The translations under genes were made by a program, and so were the position numbers. Below, piece after piece: positions 8,705-19,018 of a stretch of DNA of 52,271 nt. The stretch is from the NCBI GenBank assembly GCA_027491735.1, contig JAOZGP010000017.1, positions 1 to 52,271 on the forward strand, given 5' to 3'. The stretch comes from Thermoproteota archaeon. Lineage in GTDB: Archaea; Korarchaeota; Korarchaeia; Korarchaeales; Korarchaeaceae. The stretch's first letter is position 1. Each line of letters starts with the position of its first letter. Below the pieces are notes generated by a model. The model searched no databases. It was not told the DNA's origin and saw nothing but the letters and a program-made list of their open reading frames with translations.

Positions 8705-9582
8705 ATCTTGAGGAGAGCCTGGAGAGCTGCGTAGTGAGGATGATGGAGGTCGCTGCATTTAACGTATCACCTGATGTAACGAAGGCTCTGAGAAAGGCTT
8801 TGGATAGGGAGGAAAGTGACGTCGCCAAAATCAACCTCTCAGCGATAGTGGAGAACATAGAGGCCGCTAAACAAGAGAGAAAACCCGTATGCCAGGATAC
8901 TGGAACCCCCACCTTCTTCTTGAAGATTGGAGAGGATTTCCCAGTAAAGGCTAAGATCCACGAAATCCTCAGAAGAGCTGTTCGAAGAGCAACTAAGGAG
9001 ATACCTCTCAGACCAAACGCTGTAAATCCTTGGACCCTTGAGAACAGCGGTGATAACACGGGAAGAATGGTCCCGATCGTGCACGTGGAGATCGTTGAGG
9101 GAAACTCGCTTGAACTGACCTACCTGGCGAAGGGAGGAGGTAGTGAGAACACGGTGCAGCTCTTCATGCTCTCCCCTGTCTTGGGTGTAAACGGAATAAA
9201 GAAGGCAGTTCTGGAGGCGATCTACAGGGCAGGACCAAAGCCATGTCCTCCTGTGGTAGTAGGAGTTGGTGTGGGTGGGAGCTCTGAGTTGTGTTTGAAG
9301 ATCGCTAAGAGGGCTGCTTTAAGACCAATTGATCAACCTAACCCAGATGAAAAATTGAGGAATCTGGAAAGGGAGCTTCTGGACATGATAAACTCCTCGG
9401 GATTCGGTCCGATGGGTTTGGGAGGAAGAACCTACGCCCTGGCTGTTCACGTGGACTGGGCCCACAAGCACCCGGCAAGCTTGCCCGTTGGCATATCAAC
9501 GATATGTTGGGCTCTCAGAAAGTCTGTTGCTAAGGTCCACTCGGATGGGAGTTTTGAGATTCTAGCCCCAGAGGTTGTGTAA
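8701..9582 (+). CDS. Fe-S fumarate hydratase / tartrate dehydratase alpha subunit
   Basis: PVCQDTG, LRPNAV, KGGGSEN, PCPP, GPMGLGG, HPASLPV, CWA motifs. Confidence 0.93.
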   Translation: MNLEESLESCVVRMMEVAAFNVSPDVTKALRKALDREESDVAKINLSAIVENIEAAKQERKPVCQDTGTPTFFLKIGEDFPVKAKIHEILRRAVRRATKEIPLRPNAVNPWTLENSGDNTGRMVPIVHVEIVEGNSLELTYLAKGGGSENTVQLFMLSPVLGVNGIKKAVLEAIYRAGPKPCPPVVVGVGVGGSSELCLKIAKRAALRPIDQPNPDEKLRNLERELLDMINSSGFGPMGLGGRTYALAVHVDWAHKHPASLPVGISTICWALRKSVAKVHSDGSFEILAPEVV

Positions 9583-9585
9583 GAA

Positions 9586-10182
9586 ATGGAGAGACATTTC
9601 AGAATCCCCGTGAGTGAGGAGAAGGTGCGATCCCTCAGAGTTGGGGATGTCGTCTACCTCTCCGGAGTGCTTGTGACTGGCAGGGATCAAGTCCACAGAA
9701 GAGCTTTACAGTACCTGAGGGAGGGAAAGACCCTACCGATGGATCTCAGAGATGGAGCTCTCTATCACTGCGGGCCGATAATGATAGAGAAAGGGGGAGA
9801 ATGGAGGGTTTACGGATTTGGCCCAACAACTAGCGCTAGAATGGAGCCTGTGGAGGCAGAGTTCATAGAAAGGACCGGAGTTAGGTTCATCATAGGAAAA
9901 GGAGGCATGTTCGAGAGGACGACGGAAGCTATGGGAAGACTTGGTGCCGCGTATCTAGCTCATCCAGGAGGTGTCTCCGTCCTTGCGACAAGGTCAGTCA
10001 AAAGAGTAAAAGATGTTCACTGGCTCGACCTAGGAATCCCCGAGGCCATGTGGGTTCTTGAGGTCGAGGATTTCGGCCCAACCATAGTGGCTATAGACTC
10101 CCACGGGTCCAATCTCTACATAGACGTGATGAGAAAGGCAGAGGAGCGAAAAAACTCCATACTGAGATCTCTCTCAATATAA
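9586..10182 (+). CDS. Fe-S fumarate hydratase / tartrate dehydratase beta subunit
   Basis: LRVGDVVYLSG, TGRDQVH, YHCGP, GPTTSARM, IGKGG, DLGIPEA, AIDSHG. Confidence 0.93.
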   Translation: MERHFRIPVSEEKVRSLRVGDVVYLSGVLVTGRDQVHRRALQYLREGKTLPMDLRDGALYHCGPIMIEKGGEWRVYGFGPTTSARMEPVEAEFIERTGVRFIIGKGGMFERTTEAMGRLGAAYLAHPGGVSVLATRSVKRVKDVHWLDLGIPEAMWVLEVEDFGPTIVAIDSHGSNLYIDVMRKAEERKNSILRSLSI

Positions 10183-10304
10183 TTTTTCCTTAGATTGCTT
10201 GTTTTATGTTTAGAATCTCTTAGGTTAACCATAAACGTAAATGAAACGATTTGAAACGGTATCATCAATAAACTTAATCTATTGTTTCACTCCCAGTACA
10301 CACG

Positions 10305-10622
10305 GTGAGAGAGTTGAGCAGGATAATGAACGCCCTCCTCAGCCTGAGAAATTTCGGTATGGAGCTCCTGACCTGGGAGCTTAAAAAGGGGAGGGCAGTA
10401 TTCTGCTTCTATATTGATGTGAAGCTCTCCAAGGAGGGCAGAAGGAGATTGTCCTCTCTGATAGGTGATTGGGTAGTAACTCAGCTCCCTGGATCCAAGG
10501 TTTATGTGAAGACCAAGGAGTTCGAAAACGGCCTATACATACTGGTGAGCGTGAAACTAGCCAAGAATGGGATAAACAGACCGGAGGGATTCTCCGATCT
10601 GTTGGTGTATCAGGTTCTCTGA
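10305..10622 (+). CDS. Hypothetical protein (small alpha/beta)
   Basis: 105-aa ORF filling the gap, protein-like composition, AT-rich upstream region; no family recognised. Confidence 0.6.
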   Translation: MRELSRIMNALLSLRNFGMELLTWELKKGRAVFCFYIDVKLSKEGRRRLSSLIGDWVVTQLPGSKVYVKTKEFENGLYILVSVKLAKNGINRPEGFSDLLVYQVL

Positions 10623-10665
10623 GATTTTTCGATTGTCTCCCCAAACCTGATCTCCTAGTTCTGTT

Positions 10666-11475
10666 TCAGTCCTCTTCAGGAAGCTCCACTTTCTGTTTGG
10701 TGTGAGGGATTGGAACTACCTCCACAGTTCTCTCTGTAATCTTACTCCTGAGGACATGTCTCTTTACAACGATCCTCTTGAGGAACTGTATCGCCTTGGC
10801 GGGATCCACTCCTTTGGGACATACATCACTGCAGGCAGCAGCAAAGTGACAACGCCAGCACCCATGGTCGCTGTCAACAACTTCCAATCTAACGTCGGTG
10901 CCCTGATCCCTGCTGTCAGCACACAACCTGTAGACTCTATTCAGCACGAAGGGACCTAAGTATAGTGGATCCGTTGCGACTACAGGACATGCGGCATAGC
11001 ACAGGCCGCACTCTATGCAGTTGGCGAACTCCAGGTACTCCAAGAGGTCCTTCTCCGATTGTCTGTAGAAACCCGTCGGTTCGTTGACCTCGTCGAGATC
11101 TTTCCTCATCAGGTATGGGTAGATCCTCCTCTCCTTCTCGAAGAGAGGAGCGAAGTCGGTCACCAGGTCCTTTATCACCTTGACGTTCTTGAGAGGAGCC
11201 ACCTCTATCACGTCTGAGTCAAGCTCAAGAGCCCTCGTATAACAGGCTAACCTGGGTTTTCCGTTTATTATGAGTCCACAGGAGCCACATATTGCTTGTC
11301 TACATGAGTATCTCAGGGTCAGGGTAGGATCTAGCTCCTCCTTTATCTTAAGGAGACAGTCAAGCACGCTCATCTCCTTGGTCACCTTGATCTCATACTT
11401 TTCCCAATGAGGAGCTACATCCTCCCTGGGATTGTACCTGAAGACCCTGAACGTTACCTCTCTCTCCTCGACCAT
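10666..11475 (-). CDS. sdhB: Succinate dehydrogenase/fumarate reductase iron-sulfur subunit
   Basis: SCRQAICGSC..C, CIECGLCYAACP, CHFAAACSDVCP; ATG 11475 follows GAGGAGGTG. Confidence 0.95.
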   Translation of the reverse strand: MVEEREVTFRVFRYNPREDVAPHWEKYEIKVTKEMSVLDCLLKIKEELDPTLTLRYSCRQAICGSCGLIINGKPRLACYTRALELDSDVIEVAPLKNVKVIKDLVTDFAPLFEKERRIYPYLMRKDLDEVNEPTGFYRQSEKDLLEYLEFANCIECGLCYAACPVVATDPLYLGPFVLNRVYRLCADSRDQGTDVRLEVVDSDHGCWRCHFAAACSDVCPKGVDPAKAIQFLKRIVVKRHVLRSKITERTVEVVPIPHTKQKVELPEED

Positions 11476-11489
11476 CCAACTACACCTCC

Positions 11490-11831
11490 TCACGGTGCGG
11501 GAAGTATGTGGGGTATCACCTTAGGGAAGAGATCCGACAGTGTGTTGAGTCCATATATATAGGCGGCGATTCCTATCAGGAGAAGACACCAGCTTATGGA
11601 TTTGGCAGCATACTTACCAGGTATGATCTCAATCAAGATTGATCTGAGGCCGTTGAGCAGGTGATAGAGCAAAGCCGTGAGAAATATCACCATCATAGTG
11701 GGGTACATAGGGCTATCGTGTATGAGAGGTCCTATGTGTGGAGCGTTGTTTGCCAGCAGATGGAGGCTGGCCACCACGATCAAGATCAGAGCTGATATAT
11801 ATTGAAGAAACGTTAGAGTTGACTCCCTCAA
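11490..11831 (-). CDS. sdhD: Succinate dehydrogenase membrane anchor subunit
   Basis: Three TM helices, LQYISA..H, YHLLNGLRSI; operon position. Confidence 0.85.
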   Translation of the reverse strand: MRESTLTFLQYISALILIVVASLHLLANNAPHIGPLIHDSPMYPTMMVIFLTALLYHLLNGLRSILIEIIPGKYAAKSISWCLLLIGIAAYIYGLNTLSDLFPKVIPHILPAP

Positions 11832-11835
11832 ACGA

Positions 11836-12216
11836 TCACCCCACCAGCAGGGCGTAATAAGTCCAGCCCACCATCAAAATGAGGAACAGCGAAATCACAG
11901 CGTAAACTAGGTATCTCTGAATTCTGTATAGAACCCCTTGCCTGTACGGAAAGACTGGTCTGTAAGGTTTTCCTAGAAAGAAGCCGTTCTCGGTGAGTAT
12001 GAGCCTGAGGCCATTGGTGAAGTGGAAAATTATGAGGAAGCCAAGAACCTCATTCCCCCACAGCCCTGGGCTCCAACCAGTTATAAAGAAATGTATTATG
12101 AAGAATGTTCCTATACCTATTCCCGTTAGGCGATGAAGGAGGAAAAGTGCTTTCTCAACAACATACCTCCTGACCTTGAACCAACTCAGAACACCTTCTC
12201 TATTTTGATAACCCAT
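11836..12216 (-). CDS. sdhC: Succinate dehydrogenase cytochrome b subunit
   Basis: LHRLTG, IIH, FHFTNGLR heme-ligand motifs; ATG 12216 after GGGAGGTG. Confidence 0.87.
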   Translation of the reverse strand: MGYQNREGVLSWFKVRRYVVEKALFLLHRLTGIGIGTFFIIHFFITGWSPGLWGNEVLGFLIIFHFTNGLRLILTENGFFLGKPYRPVFPYRQGVLYRIQRYLVYAVISLFLILMVGWTYYALLVG

Positions 12217-12230
12217 CAAGACACCTCCCA

Positions 12231-13967
12231 TTAGTACTTTCTCTCCTCCGGAGTCCACTTTGTTATGACCACAGGCAGATACTCAAGCCTGGGACCATCC
12301 AGGGTCTTGTATGCTAGGGTATGTTTAAGCCAGTTCTGATCATCCCTCCTAGGGTGATCTATTCTATAATGAGCCCCCCTGCTTTCTGTCCTGGCGAGGG
12401 CACTTACCACGACAACCTCCGCTACCTCAAGCATGGCATCAAGCTCCAGAACGTGGACCAAGTTTTGATTGTACTCCTTGCTCTTGTCTGCCACATGTCC
12501 TGTGTTGAACCTCTTCCTGAGCTTCTTGATCTCATTGAGAGCTTCCTTTAATCCTCCCTCATCTCTGAAAACGTATACCTTGTCGCTCATCGTCCTCTGC
12601 ATCTCCCTTCTTATGACGTACGGATCCTCCCCAGTCCTCCCTCTCAAGATTCCGTCAAATATTCTCTTCTCCTCGGCCTCAACACCGAACATGCTCACCT
12701 CGACAGTCCTCTCCTTGCCCACGTACTCACCAGCTTGACGACCAGTCAACAAACCGTAGACTAAGCAGTCTATCGTTGAGTTGCAGCCAAGCCTATTTGC
12801 TCCGTGTATGCTGACGCAGTTAACCTCGCCAGCAGCCCAGAGACCTCTTACAGGAGTTCTTCCAAACTTATCGACATGAACGCCGCCCATTGTGTAGTGG
12901 GCAACTGGTCGCACAGGAATCGGTTCCTCAACAGGGTTCACTCCAGCGAACTTCATGGCGAGCATCTTGATCTGAGTGAGTTTTTCATTTATTTTATCCT
13001 CTCCGAGGTGAGTTAAATCAAGATGAACGTAGTCCAGCCCATTAGGACCTTTAAACCCTCTTCCCTGAAGTATTTCAGTCATCTCGGCTCTGGAGACCAC
13101 ATCCCTTGGAGCCCTCTCCATCCATTTGGAAGCATATCTGCTCATGAATCTCTCTCCGTCCTTGTTCCTGAGATACCCTCCCTCTCCCCTGGCAGCCTCA
13201 GATATCAGTATTCCAGAGGGTATCAGCCCTGTCGGATGGAATTGGATGAACTCCATGTCCTTCAGTGGAATGCCCGCTCTGTACGCCATGGCCATCCCAT
13301 CGGCCGTCGCGGAGTGAGCATACGTCGTAAAGGAGTAAAGTCTCCCCACCCCTCCTGTAGCGAGAACACCGGCTTTAGCCTTGATAACGTAGAAGTCGCC
13401 GCTCTTCAGTTCTATGGCAGTCACACCCTTGAACTCTCCGCTTTCGATGAGTAAGGAGGTAACGTACCACTCATGGAGAATATCTATGTTATCATACTTT
13501 AAGGTTGTAGTATAAAGGGTTTGCATCGCGTAGAACCCAGTCTTATCGGCGGCATAGCAAGCCCTGTCATAAGTATGACCTCCAAAAGGCCTTTGAGCTA
13601 TATATCCCCGCTCATCTCTCTCCCAAGGCATGCCCCAATGCTCCATCTTTAGAATCTCCTTGGGAGCCAACCTGACGAAGAGCTCCACGGCGTCCTGATC
13701 AGCTAGATAATCGGAACCCTTTATCGTGTCGAAGGCATGCTGATCGAAACTATCTCCCTTCTCGGGATACAGAACTGCTGCTGTTCCACCGGCGTAGGCA
13801 ACTGAATGAGATCTCATGGCATGAACCTTAGTCAAAATGGTTACTCTAGCGCTCCTGTTGACGGCAGCCGCCTCGATAGCTGCCCTGAATCCAGCCAAGC
13901 CAGAACCCACGATGACCACATCGCTCTCGATAACTTCCAAGAAGCTCACCCTAGTGAGTGAACCCAT
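12231..13967 (-). CDS. sdhA: Succinate dehydrogenase/fumarate reductase flavoprotein subunit
   Basis: GSGLAG, RSHS (FAD His), QFHPTG, SEAARGEGG, HYTMGG, HGANRLG, ESRGAHYR. Confidence 0.96.
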   Translation of the reverse strand: MGSLTRVSFLEVIESDVVIVGSGLAGFRAAIEAAAVNRSARVTILTKVHAMRSHSVAYAGGTAAVLYPEKGDSFDQHAFDTIKGSDYLADQDAVELFVRLAPKEILKMEHWGMPWERDERGYIAQRPFGGHTYDRACYAADKTGFYAMQTLYTTTLKYDNIDILHEWYVTSLLIESGEFKGVTAIELKSGDFYVIKAKAGVLATGGVGRLYSFTTYAHSATADGMAMAYRAGIPLKDMEFIQFHPTGLIPSGILISEAARGEGGYLRNKDGERFMSRYASKWMERAPRDVVSRAEMTEILQGRGFKGPNGLDYVHLDLTHLGEDKINEKLTQIKMLAMKFAGVNPVEEPIPVRPVAHYTMGGVHVDKFGRTPVRGLWAAGEVNCVSIHGANRLGCNSTIDCLVYGLLTGRQAGEYVGKERTVEVSMFGVEAEEKRIFDGILRGRTGEDPYVIRREMQRTMSDKVYVFRDEGGLKEALNEIKKLRKRFNTGHVADKSKEYNQNLVHVLELDAMLEVAEVVVVSALARTESRGAHYRIDHPRRDDQNWLKHTLAYKTLDGPRLEYLPVVITKWTPEERKY

Positions 13968-14157
13968 TGGGATACAGACAAAAACCTTACGTCAAGGTGA
14001 GGGCATGTTAGTAAAAGAATTTAGCCTTCGAGATTTTTTCCGTTTTTTATTTTGATTTTTTAAAGGGAATCGAGGACCTATTGGAAGGATTAGCAGCTCC
14101 TTATATAGAAAAAATCACATCCAAAATACACATCCACATTCACTGAGGTGTTAAAGG

Positions 14158-14262
14158 AACGACGCCCCTCCACACTGAAGCGTAGGTTTCTCGTCTCTCA
14201 GGACGAGTTACATTCATTAAAACAGGAACCACACCAACTGCATAGGACTTAAAGCCCGCGAT
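14158..14262 (-). mobile_element. Degenerate IS200/IS605-like right end
   Basis: Minus strand reads AACTCGTC-CTGAGA-GACGAG-AAACC-TACGC-TTCA-GTGTGG-AGGGG: two stacked hairpins in the order typical of tnpB 3' ends. Confidence 0.4.
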
Positions 14263-14490
14263 TTGATCATTTAAAGTTATTAAGTAGAATTAAGTAGAGA
14301 TCTGCTGTTCATCTCCTACGCTCTCCCAACTCATCCCCATGTTGAAATGCGAGCTTTCTCAGCAGTGTATTGCAGACAAAAATGTAACTGAGATCATCGC
14401 AGCTCTCGGCGAGGTTATGGAAGGCAATAGACGAATATAGTCCCAGAGAGAAGCTCTTCAGATGAGAATTGAGCTGAGCTCGTTGGCGGA

Positions 14491-15765
14491 TCACCTCAGC
14501 TTCCTGAGAACCTCCTCAAAAGTCTTAGCGGTCCTCTCGACGACTTCGTCTGTGTGAGACCCACTCGTGAACATCACCTCAAACTGACTTGGTGGTACGA
14601 AGATCCCCCTCCTGAGAAGCTCTTCATGGAACTTGACGTATTTTTCCTTGTCCGATCTGCTCGCTGATCTGAAGTCCCTGACGGGCCCTTGAGTGAAGAA
14701 GATCTGAAACATGCTGGCTATCCGGTTCACGCAATGCTCTAGCCCGCTCCTGCCAGCAGCGTCATCCAAAACCTCAGCTAACCTACTGGCTGCCCTATCA
14801 GCAGTCGAATAGACTTCACCTTTCTCCAACACCTCCATTGTGGCCAAGCCAGCCGCCATTGTTACAGGATTTGCGTTGAATGTTCCCGCGTTGAACACCT
14901 TTCCGGATGGAGTTATCCTCGACATTATCTCCTCTGGTCCCAGGACGGCTCCCACGGGGAATCCACCGCCTATTATCTTCCCCAGGGTGGTTATGTCGGC
15001 CCGAACGTTAAAGTACTCCTGAGCTCCTCCAAGAGACAGTCTGAATCCCGTTATGACCTCATCCATTATAAGAAGAACGTCTTCTCTTGAGGTGAGCTCC
15101 CTCAGGCCCTTTATGAACTCCTTCTCCGGAGGTATCAGTCCGTAGTTGCCTATAACAGGCTCCACGATGATCGCCGATATCTCATCTCTGTGCTCCTTGA
15201 GGAGAGATTCGACTGAATCCAGATCGTTGAACCGAGCGATGAGGGTCTTTCCAGCCACATCTTTGGGAATGCCCTCCGATTTTGGGACTCCGAAGTGGGA
15301 GGCAGCGCTCCCAGCTCCCACGAGCAGGTAGTCATGTGCTCCGTGATAGCACCCCTCGAACTTGATTATGTAATCCCTTCTTCTCACCGCTCTAGCCAGC
15401 CTCACAGCCAGCATCGTGGCCTCCGTGCCAGAGTTGACGAACCTTATCATGTCCGCGTGAAAGTGATCTAGTACCTTCCTGGCCAACAACACCTCAAGCT
15501 CTGTTGGTGCTCCGAAGAGCCATCCTCTCTCCACCTGATCTTTGACTCTTTTCAAGACCTCTGGATGTCTATGACCCAATATGAGCGGTCCGTAGCCGAG
15601 GACATAGTCCACTAGAACCTGCCCATCCTCTGTATAGAGGTAAGGCCCCTCTCCCCTTAGAACGTAGAATGGAAATGGCTTCACGGCGGCCCTGATGGGG
15701 CTGTTCACGCCTCCCGGAAAGATCTTAAGAGCCTCGCTGAACAGCTCTTTGGACCTCCTCATCAC
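14491..15765 (-). CDS. hemL: Glutamate-1-semialdehyde 2,1-aminomutase
   Basis: PGGVNSPIR, GPLILGH, RFVNSGTEA, GCYHG, DEVITGFR, LGKIIGGG, PSQFE. Confidence 0.96.
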   Translation of the reverse strand: MMRRSKELFSEALKIFPGGVNSPIRAAVKPFPFYVLRGEGPYLYTEDGQVLVDYVLGYGPLILGHRHPEVLKRVKDQVERGWLFGAPTELEVLLARKVLDHFHADMIRFVNSGTEATMLAVRLARAVRRRDYIIKFEGCYHGAHDYLLVGAGSAASHFGVPKSEGIPKDVAGKTLIARFNDLDSVESLLKEHRDEISAIIVEPVIGNYGLIPPEKEFIKGLRELTSREDVLLIMDEVITGFRLSLGGAQEYFNVRADITTLGKIIGGGFPVGAVLGPEEIMSRITPSGKVFNAGTFNANPVTMAAGLATMEVLEKGEVYSTADRAASRLAEVLDDAAGRSGLEHCVNRIASMFQIFFTQGPVRDFRSASRSDKEKYVKFHEELLRRGIFVPPSQFEVMFTSGSHTDEVVERTAKTFEEVLRKLR

Positions 15766-15780
15766 ACCCCAGCACCTCCT

Positions 15781-16815
15781 TCAGAAGGGGTTGTATCCCT
15801 CTTGGATTAGCTCAGCCGCCTCCAATGCGTGGTACGTTATTATTATGTTGGCCCCAGCCCTCCTTATGGATGTGAGGATCTCAAATATGACCTTACTCTC
15901 ATCGATCCATCCCATGGTAGCCGCCGCCTTCACCATGGAGTACTCACCACTGACGTTATAGGCTGCAAGCGGATAGTGGGGAAACTCGCTCTTGATGAGT
16001 CTTATAACATCCAGATAGGCCAGGGCTGGTTTCACCATCAGGATATCGGCTCCCTCACCCACATCAAGAGCGGCCTCCTTTATGGACTCAAAGGAGTTGC
16101 GAGGATCCATTTGATGAGATCTCCTGTCACCAAATTGCGGAGCCGAACTTGCGGCTTCCCTGAAGGGACCATAGAAGGAGGAAGCATATTTCACCGAGTA
16201 GCTCATTATGACCACATCCTCGTAGCCTTCCCTGTCGAGGGCCTCTCTTATGGCCGCGACCATTCCGTCCATCATTCCCGAGGGAGCTACTATATCTGCT
16301 CCGGATTCAGCGTGACTCAGAGCAACTTTTCCTAGGATCTCTAGGGTTAAGTCGTTATCTATCTTCCAACACTCCCCTTTGCACCTCCCGTCCCTGATGA
16401 CGAGTCCACAGTGTCCATGCGAGGTGTATTGACAGAGACAGACGTCCGTGGCCACAACGAGGTCAGACCCAAAGGAGCTCTTCAGCAGCTTGACAGCCTT
16501 CTGAACCACCCCTCTGCGATCGTATGCTGAGCTACCCCTCTCATCCTTGGACCTGGGTATACCGAACAGGAGAACTGACCTTATCCCGAGATCAGTTGCC
16601 TTCTGAGCGATTTTGACGAGGGAATCGAGTGGGTATCTGTAATATCCGGGCATTGAGGGGATTTCTTTGGGCTCAGTTAATCCCTCCTCAACGAACATCG
16701 GCATCATCAAGCTCTCTGGAGCTAACCTGGTCTCAGCAACAATGTCACGAAGAGTTGAAAGCGCCCTCAATCTTCTAAGTCTGATCCTGGGAAAACTCAC
16801 CTTCTCGATCACCAC
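15781..16815 (-). CDS. hemB: Porphobilinogen synthase (Zn-type ALAD)
   Basis: [48 protein letters not shown]. Confidence 0.96.
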   Translation of the reverse strand: MVIEKVSFPRIRLRRLRALSTLRDIVAETRLAPESLMMPMFVEEGLTEPKEIPSMPGYYRYPLDSLVKIAQKATDLGIRSVLLFGIPRSKDERGSSAYDRRGVVQKAVKLLKSSFGSDLVVATDVCLCQYTSHGHCGLVIRDGRCKGECWKIDNDLTLEILGKVALSHAESGADIVAPSGMMDGMVAAIREALDREGYEDVVIMSYSVKYASSFYGPFREAASSAPQFGDRRSHQMDPRNSFESIKEAALDVGEGADILMVKPALAYLDVIRLIKSEFPHYPLAAYNVSGEYSMVKAAATMGWIDESKVIFEILTSIRRAGANIIITYHALEAAELIQEGYNPF

Positions 16816-18025
16816 ATAACATCTCTGCTATCTGATTTAACCTTGACATATCTCCTCTCTCAGCCGCCATCCTGGCGTACATGAAGACGGGATGGAGAAC
16901 CTTCCTCACTATCGACCGGCTCATCATCTCCAATAGGAACTTCACATCACCTTCAACCTCCACTCCCTTGGACTTTAACGACGATATGGCCCTTCTCAGC
17001 TCCCTTTTCCTTATCTCCTCAGCCCTTGAGACTACTCTCTCCAGAACCTCGTCGGCCACTCTCCTGTTGAGCAGCCTGACGAAGAGCTCTATCTCCTCAC
17101 TCAGGATGGACTCCACCTTGGGAAGTTCCTTCTCCCTCCTCCCCCTGTTCTCTTCCACTATCCTCTCTAGGTCCTCCATGGTCACCAACCTGGCGTTTGG
17201 TCCTGGATCCGAGATGGCTGGGGGTACGGATATGTCTACTATAAGCAGATCTCTTCCAGGCAGATCCTCCCTTGATAGTATCGGACCACCGGAAACTGCG
17301 AGGAACACTGCTTCAGATGTGATCAACTCATCCCTTATCCTGTCCAGACCTCCCCATCGAGCTCCAACCCTCTCCGCTAAAGATCTTGCTCTATGGACCG
17401 TCCTGTTCAGGATACAGAGGTTCGCCCCTTTTGAGGAGAGCATTGTGGCTAGAAGCCCTCCAGCCTTACCAGCCCCTATGATGACGACTTTTTTCCCTTC
17501 TAAACCGCTTAAAGTTTCTTCCGCCAACCTAATGGCTGCTGAGGGAACGCTTAAGGCTCCTTTAGATATTTCAGTTTCCCTCCTCACTCTTTTACCTACT
17601 ATGACTGCTCTATGAAAAAGGAGTCTTAGGTAGGGGCCTAGAGAGCCTCTCATCGAGGCGTCTTCCATGGCTTGTTTGACCTGACCAAGTATCTCGTTCT
17701 CGCCTAGTAGCAGGGAGTCGACGCCGGAGGCCACCCTGAACAGATGCTCCACAGTAGTAAGGCCGTGAACGATCTCGGCTTTTTCCGATACATCGATAAC
17801 CCTCCTTGAGAGAAGATCGAGGAGGATCTCCGTCACCCTCTCCGTTTGCTCCCCATACCAATAGATCTCGAATCTGTTGCAGGTGCTCAGTACTGTGAGC
17901 TCGGGAACAGCTCCTATGAGCCCTAGGTAGATCTCTTTCGGGGGAATGGATGAGGCTGCCCTTACAGCGTCCAGCCCAGATAACCTGTGATTTATCAGAA
18001 GCGCGTGGTAGTTCTCCACGGACAT
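16775..18025 (-). CDS. hemA: Glutamyl-tRNA reductase
   Basis: [42 protein letters not shown]; likely start ATG 18025. Confidence 0.95.
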   Translation of the reverse strand: MSVENYHALLINHRLSGLDAVRAASSIPPKEIYLGLIGAVPELTVLSTCNRFEIYWYGEQTERVTEILLDLLSRRVIDVSEKAEIVHGLTTVEHLFRVASGVDSLLLGENEILGQVKQAMEDASMRGSLGPYLRLLFHRAVIVGKRVRRETEISKGALSVPSAAIRLAEETLSGLEGKKVVIIGAGKAGGLLATMLSSKGANLCILNRTVHRARSLAERVGARWGGLDRIRDELITSEAVFLAVSGGPILSREDLPGRDLLIVDISVPPAISDPGPNARLVTMEDLERIVEENRGRREKELPKVESILSEEIELFVRLLNRRVADEVLERVVSRAEEIRKRELRRAISSLKSKGVEVEGDVKFLLEMMSRSIVRKVLHPVFMYARMAAERGDMSRLNQIAEMLCGDREGEFSQDQT

Positions 18026-18107
18026 CCTCAACCATGTTCCTGATGAAGACAAAAGCTAAAAAGTGCGAGTGTTTTAAGAGCAGGATTCTCTAAAGATAAA
18101 AATAACT

Positions 18108-18539
18108 TTATGGTTTGATATTCGTCACATATATAATGAAGTCGTCGGTGGGAGTCATGTTCTTCGCAACGAAACGGATCTTTCCTGCGTATATTTTCGG
18201 TGGAGCTATTACAGGATAGTTTGATATGTAGGTCGCAACTCCTCTGCCGCTGATGGTTCCAGCATATATGACGGCAGTGACTGTGTGCGTTCTGTTGTCT
18301 ATCGCTATCTCGAGATGTCTCCCAGGACCGACATCCACGTAGATATCACGCTCGCCTGAGAGAGTTCCCAGATCTATCATCCGGGACATGAAGGCTATTT
18401 GATCCGCCACCGTGTTAGCTACTCTCTGGGCTTGCGTTCTCAGGAAATCTCTGAGGAAAGCTGGCTTTATGTAGAGAAAGAAGGATGCGATCAGCACGCT
18501 TATCACTATTATTATGGCCCAGACAACTGGCCGCTCCAT
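18108..18539 (-). CDS. Pilin-like protein with N-terminal hydrophobic helix
   Basis: MERPVVWAIIIVISVLIASFFLYI, then amphipathic helix (AQRVANTVADQI) and beta-rich tail; ATG 18539 preceded by GGGAGGG, 2 nt after the upstream stop. Confidence 0.7.
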   Translation of the reverse strand: MERPVVWAIIIVISVLIASFFLYIKPAFLRDFLRTQAQRVANTVADQIAFMSRMIDLGTLSGERDIYVDVGPGRHLEIAIDNRTHTVTAVIYAGTISGRGVATYISNYPVIAPPKIYAGKIRFVAKNMTPTDDFIIYVTNIKP

Positions 18540-18541
18540 GT

Positions 18542-19018
18542 CTAACCCTCCCAGTCTAGCTCCACCTGATAGGCTCTGGTGTAGTTCACCAAGACTGTGT
18601 TCTCCCTTCCAGCAATGCTTACTCCAGTCGTCGTAAAGGTCCACCCAGAGGTAGCGTTAATCTGCACCTCAACAGCGCTCCCCTTTGGGACTATACCCAC
18701 ATAGGTCACAGCACCGCTGGTCACGTTGACAGCCGCTTGATATGGAGGTGCTCCGTAAACCACAAACCTTATCGAATTTGGGCCAGAGATCACCACGGTG
18801 TTGGGCGGAAGGCTTATCCTCACAGTGGCCGCCGAGCCAACACCAGCCTCGGTGACCTTCTCTATGATGTCGCTTAGAGCGATCGCCGCTGCTCTAGCAG
18901 CATAGAACCTCTCCTCCGCTGCTCTATGTTGTATGTACGGGTATACGATGTTGAAGACGATCACTATGAGAGCGACGCCGAGGAGGAACGCTACCACGCC
19001 AACAACCACTTGGTTCAT
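18542..19018 (-). CDS. Pilin-like protein
   Basis: MNQVVVGVVAFLLGVALIVIVFNIVYPYI, ALSDIIEKV..G.GS...VRISLP pattern resembling archaeal minor pilins; ATGA coupling to the upstream gene. Confidence 0.72.
   Translation of the reverse strand: MNQVVVGVVAFLLGVALIVIVFNIVYPYIQHRAAEERFYAARAAAIALSDIIEKVTEAGVGSAATVRISLPPNTVVISGPNSIRFVVYGAPPYQAAVNVTSGAVTYVGIVPKGSAVEVQINATSGWTFTTTGVSIAGRENTVLVNYTRAYQVELDWEG

Noticed and set aside
14309-14494. 61-aa ORF coupled to the hemL stop
   Set aside because: No recognisable motif and atypical composition; unsupported.
16881-17615. 244-aa antisense ORF and many similar Ser/Leu/Thr-rich shadow ORFs across the window
   Set aside because: They are antisense or alternate-frame shadows of well-supported genes, with typical reverse-frame composition.
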